Assembly (NCBI GenBank): GCA_964503265.1
Contig: CAZCYO010000003.1
Coordinates: forward strand, 219,575 to 283,574
Direction of reading: 5' to 3'
Source of the DNA: an uncultured Gammaproteobacteria bacterium
Lineage (GTDB): Bacteria > Patescibacteriota > Microgenomatia > Levybacterales > UBA12049
Length of the DNA stretch: 64,000 bases
This document shows positions 1-8,582 of this stretch, piece by piece (the stretch's first letter is position 1; every line of letters begins with the position of its first letter). Made by a program: the position numbers and the translations under genes. A model generated the notes under the pieces. That model saw nothing but the letters and a program-made list of their open reading frames with translations. It had not been told where the DNA came from and did not search any database.

Positions 1-1137
1 CATACTATCAACTTTCGCTCGTGTGAGATACGGAGCCTCAACTTTTCCATAACTAATAAATGAGACACTATCTCCTGGGAAGAAAGATGCTGGGCTGGTA
101 TCTAGTCCATCACAAATACACCAGTTCTCATTAAATACGGGAGTAGGAGTAGGTGCGACTTGGCACTTTTTCGTGGTTTCATTACAATCTGTACAACTAT
201 CCTTGGCGCCAGCACATTCACTATCTTTAGTACATGAAGTATTACATGCGACAGGAGGAGTTGGTGTAGGCGTAGGTTTATTACATTTCCCACCAGTACA
301 GACAGTACAGCCATTTCTTGCAGGTTCACCAGCACATTCGCTATCTTTAGTACAAGATATATTACATGCTGGTGGTGGTGTAGGTGTCGGACTTGGTTTT
401 GTGCATTTTCCACCAATACAACTTACACATCCATCTCTGGCAGCAGCACCCGTACAATTCGAATCTCTATCACATGCTGTATTACATGCTGGAGGAGTCG
501 TCGGTACAGGAGTGCTATTTCCTGAAGGCGGAGGCGTATTTCCAGCGGGTGGTTTACATGATTTACCTGTAGTACTTCCGCTATCTGGAAGACATTGAGA
601 ACAACTAGATTCACCTGTACATTGTGTGCTATCTGTGCATGCTTCATTACATGCTGGAGCAGGTTTTGGACAGCTACCTGTTACATTAAAATTAGGAACA
701 TCCCCCGCATCTATATAATTTGTTGAACAAAATCCAGCGGTACTATCAAGAGAGCAGCTACCTGGAATAACTCCTATATCTCCAACAACATCTACGATAG
801 GGCCGTTTTCAGAATCATGTGGTTCAGAAAGACTTAAGTTCGTTCCTACTTTTAAACACCCGTCTCCGTATGGAGGGCAAGTACATTGATTAAGATCAAA
901 TGAGTCACCGGATTTTAAACCTTTTTGGACTTGTCCATGACATCCGCTTGGACCCTGATCTCCTGAGCATGCAACATCTATCGTAGCTCCCGCAGGCCAG
1001 TCAGTAACTGAAATTGTTCCTTTAAGTTCCGTGCAATTTTGTAATTTCTCTGCATATACTACTTTTATTGAGAACATAAAGGAAAGAAATGAAGAAAAGA
1101 GAATAAGACTAAAAGTGACAAAATATTTTATTTTCAT
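1..1137 (-). CDS. Secreted cysteine-rich tandem-repeat protein; 3' end lies beyond the window start
   Basis: Minus-strand ATG at 1137-1135 reads MKIKYFVTFSLILFSSFLSFMFSIKVVYAEK (signal peptide). The frame stays open to position 1 at every spot checked. About 38-aa repeats of the form PTPTPP-ACNxSCTKDSECAG...GCxxCxGGKC-K are encoded by ~120-bp nucleotide tandem repeats at 173-600. Its ATG overlaps the upstream gene's stop (ATGA). Confidence 0.7.
   Translation of the reverse strand, partial: MKIKYFVTFSLILFSSFLSFMFSIKVVYAEKLQNCTELKGTISVTDWPAGATIDVACSGDQGPSGCHGQVQKGLKSGDSFDLNQCTCPPYGDGCLKVGTNLSLSEPHDSENGPIVDVVGDIGVIPGSCSLDSTAGFCSTNYIDAGDVPNFNVTGSCPKPAPACNEACTDSTQCTGESSCSQCLPDSGSTTGKSCKPPAGNTPPPSGNSTPVPTTPPACNTACDRDSNCTGAAARDGCVSCIGGKCTKPSPTPTPPPACNISCTKDSECAGEPARNGCTVCTGGKCNKPTPTPTPPVACNTSCTKDSECAGAKDSCTDCNETTKKCQVAPTPTPVFNENWCICDGLDTSPASFFPGDSVSFISYGKVEAPYLTRAKVDSM
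173..600. repeat. ~120-bp in-frame tandem repeats (3+ units) inside the Cys-rich protein gene
   Basis: Unit ACATTC(A/G)CTATCTTTAGTACA...ATTACATGC...GG(A/T)GG.GT.GG.GT recurs near 203, 325 and 447. Several frames stay open across it, which explains track ORFs 173..598, 102..416 and 423..647. Confidence 0.8.
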
Positions 1138-2087
1138 AATGCAGTTTCTATCGTTACTAATGCTTTTTTCCTATTTTCTAACCAGTTTTCATATGTTGTA
1201 AACTCGCCAGTATTTACCGCTACAACCTGTACTAAAGAAGCGCCTGCACCATTTGGTCCATCGAGAATAGTAATGTCTCCTGTTTTTAAAGCAAAAAGAG
1301 ATTTATCTATATCTGTTTGGCCTAGCGTTAACGTACGTGGTGTTTGAGCGAGCGAATCATCTGTTAGCTTATTCACAAAATATCCATTAATTGACCAGAT
1401 TTTCTCAAGTAGTGGGTACTTTTGATAAAGGTTTTTTACAACATTTAGTGGTGTATTACCATTCTGTAAAAGTATTTTTCCTTCCTGTAGGGCAGTTTTT
1501 CCTATGGTTCTTTGTTGTGCAAATAGAGGAACTTGTTGATAATTTAGTGGAGGAATCCAGTATCCAATTAAATAAGCTTGAATTGACGTTATTTGTTTTT
1601 GAATAAGTTGCTTTTTGAGAAGCTGATATTTAATTATAGCTTTAAGTCCTGTATTTTTGGTTGAAGAATTACTAATAGCTTGCGCTATTTCTGTTTCAGT
1701 CACAGTAATACCTAATTTCTTAGTTTCTTGGTCAAGTATTGTCCGCTCGATGAGAATAGCAAGGTATTTTTTCTGAATATCCGTTGTTATAGCAGATGGT
1801 GCGTATTCTTCTCCAGCAGCCTTGATAACATCACTTTTATAAATCTTTTGATCTCCAACTGTTACGAGTAATGTATTTTCAAATTGAGCAGTTGTGCTCG
1901 TAGAAGGTTGTATATTTTTCAGCAGAAAGAATCCAGCTAGAAAGAGTATGAGAATGATAAGTGCTCCAAGTATGAGAAACTTTTTTGACACATGAAAAGA
2001 TCTTCCTGATTCTGGAGGAAGTGGTTGTGGGTTTGGTTGTTGTTCATACGAAACAATTGGGTTTTGTTCAGGTTGCACAGTATCCAT
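1134..2087 (-). CDS. Membrane-anchored protein with one N-terminal TM helix; weak SurA-N/PrsA-foldase-like features
   Basis: Track ORF 1134..2150 trimmed to internal ATG (MDTVQPEQ) at 2087, just after the stop of the gene upstream. TM segment FLILGALIILILFLAGFFLL. Stop overlaps the start of the next gene. Confidence 0.6.
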   Translation of the reverse strand: MDTVQPEQNPIVSYEQQPNPQPLPPESGRSFHVSKKFLILGALIILILFLAGFFLLKNIQPSTSTTAQFENTLLVTVGDQKIYKSDVIKAAGEEYAPSAITTDIQKKYLAILIERTILDQETKKLGITVTETEIAQAISNSSTKNTGLKAIIKYQLLKKQLIQKQITSIQAYLIGYWIPPLNYQQVPLFAQQRTIGKTALQEGKILLQNGNTPLNVVKNLYQKYPLLEKIWSINGYFVNKLTDDSLAQTPRTLTLGQTDIDKSLFALKTGDITILDGPNGAGASLVQVVAVNTGEFTTYENWLENRKKALVTIETAL

Positions 2088-2089
2088 AC

Positions 2090-2947
2090 TTATAATAAGA
2101 GTAATAATCCACCGACGATAGTGACAGCGATTCCACCTAAGCCTAACCAAATTGTCGTGGTTGTTACACCAGTTGGTGGAAGAGCTGTTGGAAGAATAAT
2201 AGTAGGTCTTGTGGTTGGAGCTGTGGCAACAGTAGTTGGTGCAGTACAGCAGCTGCCGACAGAAGGGCTAAGCGCACAAGCATTTTGATATGCAGTAATC
2301 GCACAATACCTTGTACTGTTAGCTGCGGTCACACATGTTAATCCTGTTGCACATGTTGTTCCATTCGTACATGGTGATCCACAGGCAGCACCAGCAGCCA
2401 CGGTTGTAGGAGCTACTGTTGGAGCGACTGTCGCTGTCGGAGCAGTCGAGGGGATCGTATCTGTTTTACACAGTAATTGATCTGAGCCCGCTGGACCTGT
2501 GCCGCAAGCATTTACAGCAGATATTTCGCATTTATATGTATTATTTGGTGTGACTGCAAAGGCATACGTTGTCGTACCACTCGTAACAGAATCTGTTTTT
2601 ACTACCGAACTTGTTTCAACTTGGGTTATTTTAATTGAGTAACTTGTAGCACCCGATACTGCTGGCCAACTACAACTTGCTTGCGTGAAGTTATATGTTG
2701 TTCCACCAATATTCGCTGGATATTCCATTTTGACATTAATTACTTGCGTTGGAAGAGTACATGCTGCTGTGGGTGAAGCAGCTGATGTAGGAGACGGAGT
2801 ATTAGTAGGTAAGACAGTTGTATCAGTGAGCTCGGTTGCTGCGTTTGATCGAATATCTTGCTGTTGATTGATAACAAAAAGTGTTAACGGAATTGCTACT
2901 ACAAGTAGCGTAATACCGATGAGTAAAATAAGCAGTTTTTTATTCAT
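2090..2947 (-). CDS. Cell-surface protein with signal/TM anchor, FN3-like domain, Cys/Thr/Pro-rich region and C-terminal LPPTG sorting signal
   Basis: Track ORF 2090..3025 begins with TTG; ATG start chosen at MNKKLLILLIGITLL (2947). C-terminus is ALPPTG followed by a hydrophobic tail (GLGGIAVTIVGGLLLLL). Confidence 0.65.
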   Translation of the reverse strand: MNKKLLILLIGITLLVVAIPLTLFVINQQQDIRSNAATELTDTTVLPTNTPSPTSAASPTAACTLPTQVINVKMEYPANIGGTTYNFTQASCSWPAVSGATSYSIKITQVETSSVVKTDSVTSGTTTYAFAVTPNNTYKCEISAVNACGTGPAGSDQLLCKTDTIPSTAPTATVAPTVAPTTVAAGAACGSPCTNGTTCATGLTCVTAANSTRYCAITAYQNACALSPSVGSCCTAPTTVATAPTTRPTIILPTALPPTGVTTTTIWLGLGGIAVTIVGGLLLLL

Positions 2948-3011
2948 GTGTGATAAAAGAAATAATGGCAGTGCAAAACTGGCCTTTATACCAGCATAGT
3001 GAACTTCTTTC

Positions 3012-3416
3012 GTGTCGTCAAGCAATAATCATGGGTATACGTATAAATTGTTTTTTACGTGTAGAGTCCATATACTAAATAATAGTATGAGCGACTATTT
3101 GAAGCTTCCAATCATGTTTATTTCGTTTTGGTTTATTTCAGCCCCAAAAGAAATACTTCTTTTTTTTGGATCTTTGAACCATGCGTTTTTACAATTCTTT
3201 TCACTGCCTCTACTGGCTAGAACTTTTTTTAAACCTATCAAAAATGAATACCGTCATGGTCTTGTAGGTTTTTCCATTGGATTTGGAATGGTAGTTAAAT
3301 TTGTATTGATTATATTTAATATCGCACTTTTCATTCCATTATTATTAGGAGAGCTCGTGCTTTTTATTCTTTTTCTTAGTTTCCCAATTCTCACTATTGC
3401 TGTTCTTTTTTTATAA
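3012..3416 (+). CDS. Small polytopic membrane protein, hypothetical
   Basis: 134 aa, GTG start. Very hydrophobic with 3-4 predicted TM helices. Ends 2 nt before the Clp ATPase ATG. Confidence 0.5.
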   Translation: MSSSNNHGYTYKLFFTCRVHILNNSMSDYLKLPIMFISFWFISAPKEILLFFGSLNHAFLQFFSLPLLARTFFKPIKNEYRHGLVGFSIGFGMVVKFVLIIFNIALFIPLLLGELVLFILFLSFPILTIAVLFL

Positions 3417-3417
3417 T

Positions 3418-5829
3418 ATGTCTACAACTGCTCAAATTACTATTTATCGACTATATACATCTGCGCTGGGTAAATCTGTGCGATTAGTGAGTTTATTTTT
3501 TCTCTTAGTATGGCTTTTTGATATTATGACTCGCCATACGTCTCCAAATATACTTCTCTTTATGTTGAATTTTGGATTTATGATTGAGATTTTCTTTCAT
3601 TATAAGATTGGAAGGATTGCCCCATCGCAACCTCTTTCAGCCAAGCCTTCAGTGATAACAGATGCTTGTACTCGAGATGCGCTTTTTGTTTTGTATGGAC
3701 GAGATACAGATAGCATTCTTTCACATCTTTTAAATGAAAAGACAGTTAAATTTGTTCTTAAACGAGCTGTGATAGCAGAAAAGGAGATTATAAAAATTTC
3801 TATCTCACCAGAGCTATTGCTAGAGGAAGCTGGAAAGATTGCTTCACAAGTACATGGGACATATATAACAACAATGGATCTGATTGTTACGTATTTACTC
3901 CTTACTGAGTCAAAAACGCAACTTCTTTTTAAAAAAGAACTTAAACCAAATGACCTCATCCATATTCTTTCCTGGGCGCGGTCTGCATACCGTGAAGAAG
4001 AACATCCGCAGAAAATACGTGTTCGCTTTAATGGAGAAGGCCTTGGAGAGGTAGTCGTTTCGGGTTGGACACCAGAAACAAAACATTATACACGTGATTT
4101 CACCACTAAAGCATGGTCACACAGGCCATTGCTGGTTGGACGTGAACAGGATTTTCAGCGATTAATTGAAATACTGTCAAAACCAGAGAATAATAATGTA
4201 TTACTTGTTGGAGAAAACGGTGTCGGGAAAGAGACATTGGTTGAAGCTTTCGCGTATGATAGCAGTGATGGCGTAATTGGTGGTGGTCTTGATCGAAAAC
4301 AAATCCTTGAGATAATGGTTGGCCAACTCATTGCTGGAGCATTAAACAGAGCAGATTTAGAAGTACGCTTACAAGCAATTGTCGAAGAAGTAGCACATTC
4401 AGTAAATGTCTTGCTCTATATTCCTGAGTTTCAAAATATCATCGGTGGGGGAGCATATGATATTAATATAGCCGGAGCTCTTATTCCATATCTTGAGGAT
4501 GGAAGTCTTCCCATTATTGCTACACTTACTCCAGGAGCTTTTAAGAAGTACGTTGAAAACACTTCGCTTCTTGATGTATTTTCGGTTATTGATATACGCG
4601 AGCCAGATGAAGTTACCTCACTCCATATGCTTTTTGAAAAAACTGCTGAGATTGAATCGAGTACATTTGCTACTATCAGTTATAAAGCAGTGCAAACAGC
4701 AGTTTCTTATGCAAAACGATATCTCCCAGATGCACAACTTCCAGGAAGTGCAGTACAACTTCTTACTGATACTGCACATAAAATAGCTACAACACGAACT
4801 GAGAACTGTACGGTATACGAAAAAGATATTATCGATGAAATTGAGGCAAAAACGCACGCATCTGTTGGTATGCCTGATATCGAAGAGAAAAATTTACTGC
4901 TTAATCTTGAGACCTTTTTACATCAGAGAATTATTGGACAAGATGCTGCGATTACATCTATCTCAGAAGCGCTGCGAAGACTTCGTTCAGGAGTTACCAA
5001 AGCGACCAGGCCCACATCGTTTCTCTTTTTAGGTCCTACTGGGGTTGGTAAGACAGAAACTGCAAAAGCATTGGCGCAAGCTTACTATGGTGGTGAAGAT
5101 CGTATATTACGGTTTGATATGAGCGAATATACCGGACCTCAAGGAATAATGCGTTTACTTGGGTCCCCTCCCGGCGCAGGAGATGAAAAAGGAGAACTTA
5201 CTGAAAAAGTTCATGATAACCCATCTGCATTAATCTTACTTGATGAGTTTGAAAAAGCCGATCCCCAAATCCTTAATTTATTTTTACAAGTTTTTGAAGA
5301 TGGAAGACTGACAGATAATAAAGGAAAGACAGTTTCTTTTACCGATACTATTATTATTGCCACCTCAAATGCAGGATCAGAATTTATTAGAGAGCAAATG
5401 GTACAAGGAGTAGCACTAGACGATAAATTTGAACAATCCATACTTGATGTTCTGCAAACGACATCTGTATTTAAGCCAGAACTACTTAACCGATTTGATG
5501 ATGTTGTGATATTTACTCCACTTACAGATCAAGAAATGGTTTTTGTGGTAGGGTTGTTAATTACAGATCTTGTAAATGGACTTGAAAAACAAGAAATTCA
5601 TGTTGTTATTGACGAAAAAGTAATTGAAAAGATTGTCCGAGAAGGAATTGATCGAGAATTTGGAGCCCGGCCACTAAGAAGATATCTTCAAGATACTCTT
5701 GAGGATCGAATAGCGAAGATGCGGTTACAAGACATTTTACTACGTGGATCGACTGTTACTTTTTCTGTAGACGATAATGGTGAGTTTACCCAATCAGTAG
5801 TTCCGTATTCAGTGCCTTCTTCCTCGTAG
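3418..5829 (+). CDS. Clp/Hsp100-family double-ring AAA+ ATPase (ClpA/ClpC-like) with two N-terminal TM helices; D1 motifs degenerate
   Basis: D2 motifs are intact: GPTGVGKTETAKALA, LILLDEFEKA, GARPLRR. D1 is degenerate: GENGVGKE in place of GEPGVGKT, LLYIPEF in place of hhhhDE, arginine-finger RRF replaced. A Clp_N-like repeat is present. The N-terminal 60 aa are hydrophobic. The track's start at 3397 is a TTG; ATG at 3418 chosen. Confidence 0.8.
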   Translation: MSTTAQITIYRLYTSALGKSVRLVSLFFLLVWLFDIMTRHTSPNILLFMLNFGFMIEIFFHYKIGRIAPSQPLSAKPSVITDACTRDALFVLYGRDTDSILSHLLNEKTVKFVLKRAVIAEKEIIKISISPELLLEEAGKIASQVHGTYITTMDLIVTYLLLTESKTQLLFKKELKPNDLIHILSWARSAYREEEHPQKIRVRFNGEGLGEVVVSGWTPETKHYTRDFTTKAWSHRPLLVGREQDFQRLIEILSKPENNNVLLVGENGVGKETLVEAFAYDSSDGVIGGGLDRKQILEIMVGQLIAGALNRADLEVRLQAIVEEVAHSVNVLLYIPEFQNIIGGGAYDINIAGALIPYLEDGSLPIIATLTPGAFKKYVENTSLLDVFSVIDIREPDEVTSLHMLFEKTAEIESSTFATISYKAVQTAVSYAKRYLPDAQLPGSAVQLLTDTAHKIATTRTENCTVYEKDIIDEIEAKTHASVGMPDIEEKNLLLNLETFLHQRIIGQDAAITSISEALRRLRSGVTKATRPTSFLFLGPTGVGKTETAKALAQAYYGGEDRILRFDMSEYTGPQGIMRLLGSPPGAGDEKGELTEKVHDNPSALILLDEFEKADPQILNLFLQVFEDGRLTDNKGKTVSFTDTIIIATSNAGSEFIREQMVQGVALDDKFEQSILDVLQTTSVFKPELLNRFDDVVIFTPLTDQEMVFVVGLLITDLVNGLEKQEIHVVIDEKVIEKIVREGIDREFGARPLRRYLQDTLEDRIAKMRLQDILLRGSTVTFSVDDNGEFTQSVVPYSVPSSS

Positions 5830-5873
5830 CTACGGTTGATCGAAGTCTTACAATCTGATATACTACACGTACT

Positions 5874-7034
5874 ATGCCAGCAGTACAAAGAAGTGAATTT
5901 GCATTAGCGCTCAATCAGGTCGCCTCCGAACGAGGAGTCGATGTTGATGTCGTGCTTGAAACAGTAAAAAATGCTATTGTTGCTGCTTATCGAAAAGATC
6001 ACCCAGGTGTTGAACTTGAAGAATATACAGCAGAATTAAATCCTAATAGTGGTGAAGCAAAAATTCTTCATAATGGTGAAGATGTTACACCTCCTGGTTT
6101 TGGACGAATTGCAGCACAAACAGCAAAACAAGTAATCTTACAGAAAATTCGTGAAAAAGAAAAAGAAGCAATTCTTACAGATTATAAAGTGAGAATTGGT
6201 ACTATCGTCAATGGTATGGTTCTTCGATTTGCTGGACCAAACATCATTATTGATATTGGAAAAACTGAAGCAGTGATGCCTCAATCAGAACAAATCCAAC
6301 AAGAACGATATCATCTAAACCAACGGTTAACAGTATTTCTCGTGGAAATTAGAGAAGGAGCACGAGGTGAAGAAGTTATCGTTTCACGAGCATCAAATGG
6401 ACTCATCGAAGGACTTTTCAAAAGAGAAGTTCCAGAAGTTTCGACTGGAAGTGTTGAAATTAAAGCTATCGTTCGTGAGGCTGGAAATCGAACTAAGGTC
6501 GCAGTATATTCAAATCAGCCTGGGATTGATCCTGTTGGAAGTTGTGTTGGTCAAAAAGGTGTTCGAGTGCAAGCCATCATTCAAGAATTTGGTGGTATTG
6601 AGAAGATTGATATTATTCAGTGGACGAACGATAGTAAATCATACATTGAACAAGCACTTTCTCCTGCAAAAGATCTTCGAGTCGAACTTAATGAAGAAGC
6701 TAAAACTGCAACCGTATTTGTTCCAGAAGATCAATTATCCTATGCCATTGGTCGTGAAGGACAAAACGTTCGCTTAGCATCACAGCTTACTGGTTATAAA
6801 ATTGAAATTGAGAGTCAGGGCGTACCAAAGAAAACAGAAGAAGTAACAGAGACTGAAGAACCAGTTGTTGCAGAGATTAAAGAATCAGCAGCTCCTGAAG
6901 AAGTTGTTGAAATCCCAGTTGTTGAAAAAGAAGAAGATGTAACTCCAGCAGTAGAGGAAATATCATCCGAAGAAGAAACACCTACAGAAGCAGCTGAAGT
7001 AGCACCTGTTGAAAAAACAGATGAAGAAGCTTAA
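5874..7034 (+). CDS. nusA: Transcription termination/antitermination factor NusA
   Basis: N-terminal domain, S1 and two KH regions (GREGQNVRLASQLTGYKIEIE) and an acidic tail; 386 aa. Confidence 0.93.
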   Translation: MPAVQRSEFALALNQVASERGVDVDVVLETVKNAIVAAYRKDHPGVELEEYTAELNPNSGEAKILHNGEDVTPPGFGRIAAQTAKQVILQKIREKEKEAILTDYKVRIGTIVNGMVLRFAGPNIIIDIGKTEAVMPQSEQIQQERYHLNQRLTVFLVEIREGARGEEVIVSRASNGLIEGLFKREVPEVSTGSVEIKAIVREAGNRTKVAVYSNQPGIDPVGSCVGQKGVRVQAIIQEFGGIEKIDIIQWTNDSKSYIEQALSPAKDLRVELNEEAKTATVFVPEDQLSYAIGREGQNVRLASQLTGYKIEIESQGVPKKTEEVTETEEPVVAEIKESAAPEEVVEIPVVEKEEDVTPAVEEISSEEETPTEAAEVAPVEKTDEEA

Positions 7035-7070
7035 CTTCCGTCATATGAAAAATTCAGGTAATACATCACT

Positions 7071-8543
7071 ATGGATCAAAAAAATACACAGAACAGTAAC
7101 TCTGAACACTCATTCTACCCTCCTGTCGTAGCAGTACTTGGACACGTTGACCACGGTAAGACTACACTTCTCGATGCGATTCGTAAAACCTCTATTGCTG
7201 CGCGTGAGTTTGGTGGGATTACGCAAAAAATTGGAACCTCAAGTGTTGAGATTATAAACGACGGAAAACCTCGAAGAATTACCTTTATTGACACTCCAGG
7301 TCATGCTGCATTTTCAAAAATGCGAAGTCGTGGTGCGAACGCGGCGGATATTTCATTGCTAATCGTATCTTCAGTTGATGGGGTTATGCCTCAAACCAGA
7401 GAAAGTATTCAACTTCTTTTAGCAGCTAAAACTCCGATTATTGCAGTTCTCACGAAATCTGATATGCCGACTAAAAATCCTGATAAAGTAAAACAACAAA
7501 TTGTTCGAGAAGGAGTAATGCTTGAAGGACTTGGTGGAGATGTGCCTGTGATTGAAGTATCAGCACAAAGTGGTCAAAATATTCCAGAACTTCTTGAGCT
7601 TATTTTGCTTGTCCAGGAGCTCCATGCGAGTGATTTTGCATCTCGCTCAGAGTCTTCTCCTCTTGAGGCAATCGTTATCGAATCTAAAATGGATCAAAAA
7701 GCAGGACCTCGCGCCACAGTCATTATTAAGAATGGTAATTTAGAGTCACGAAAAGAGCTTTTTCTGAACGGAGAAGAATTTAAAGTACGATCAATCAGTA
7801 ATGAGCGTGGAGAGCAAACAAAATATGCCACGATAGGAGAAGGTATTGAATTATTAGGAATGTCAATCGTGCCTGAAGTTGGAAGTATTATTTCTGACAG
7901 AAAAGTAGATGATGTTGTTAAAGCAGTCGCTACAGCACCGCTTCAGAGGGAAATGGTTTATCAAGTTGCACAAAAAGAAAATAATATTACAATTGTACTT
8001 AATGCTGATACAGAAGGTTCTTTAGAAGCAATTAAATACGCACTTCCTGAAGAAATTAAAATTATCTCCCAAAAAACTGGAGAAGTAAGTGAAGCAGATA
8101 TTCTTCTTGCTAAATCTACTCGCAGTCTTGTAATTAGCTTTAATGTTAAGATTCGTCCAGATGTTGTTAAACTTGCACAAACAGAGAAGATTCTTGCTAA
8201 AAATTACAATATTATCTATGAGATGCTTGATGAACTAAAAGATGTGGTGGAAGGGAAAAAACTTGATGAAATGGAAGAGATTTATGGAGTTGCACAGATT
8301 ATGGCTATTTTCCCATTTGATAAAACACTTGCCTATGGTGTAAATGTTCAGGATGGTCGAGTTGCACAAAGAGACAAAGTTCGTATTATGCGTGGTGATG
8401 AAGTTATTGGTGAAACATCTATTAATTCTCTGAGAATCGGTAAAAATCAAACCTCAAAAGTTGAAAAAGGTCATGAAGGTGGTATCCTTCTGAACCATCC
8501 TCTTGACATCAAGCTCGGAGATGTGGTATTATCCCATAGTTAA
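7071..8543 (+). CDS. infB: Translation initiation factor IF-2, short form lacking the N-terminal extension
   Basis: G-domain VVAVLGHVDHGKTTLLDAIRKT and DTPGHAAF; 490 aa; located downstream of nusA. Confidence 0.9.
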   Translation: MDQKNTQNSNSEHSFYPPVVAVLGHVDHGKTTLLDAIRKTSIAAREFGGITQKIGTSSVEIINDGKPRRITFIDTPGHAAFSKMRSRGANAADISLLIVSSVDGVMPQTRESIQLLLAAKTPIIAVLTKSDMPTKNPDKVKQQIVREGVMLEGLGGDVPVIEVSAQSGQNIPELLELILLVQELHASDFASRSESSPLEAIVIESKMDQKAGPRATVIIKNGNLESRKELFLNGEEFKVRSISNERGEQTKYATIGEGIELLGMSIVPEVGSIISDRKVDDVVKAVATAPLQREMVYQVAQKENNITIVLNADTEGSLEAIKYALPEEIKIISQKTGEVSEADILLAKSTRSLVISFNVKIRPDVVKLAQTEKILAKNYNIIYEMLDELKDVVEGKKLDEMEEIYGVAQIMAIFPFDKTLAYGVNVQDGRVAQRDKVRIMRGDEVIGETSINSLRIGKNQTSKVEKGHEGGILLNHPLDIKLGDVVLSHS

Positions 8544-8582
8544 GAATAAAAGGCCTATATTAGTGCTTTTTCTTTATAAAAT

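Noticed and set aside
173-647. CRISPR-like appearance of the ~120-bp repeats; track ORFs 173..598(+), 102..416(-) and 423..647(-)
   Set aside because: The repeats are contiguous with no unique spacers, and they encode Cys-rich protein repeats in the long minus-strand frame reaching ATG 1137. The listed ORFs are other frames kept open by the repeat.
3012-5829. Possible frameshifted fusion of the 134-aa membrane ORF with the Clp ATPase
   Set aside because: The two are in different frames. The first ends with an in-frame TAA at 3414-3416 and the ATG at 3418 follows immediately, so two adjacent genes is the simpler reading. The track's 3397 start is a TTG inside the overlap.
6367-6777. Numerous short internal or antisense ORFs, for example 6367..6777 in nusA, 10286..10549 in pnp, 12981..13340 and 13404..13757 in the Lon-like gene, and 42304..42927 in the PKD protein gene
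   Set aside because: They are fully embedded in or antisense to well-supported genes and have low-complexity translations.
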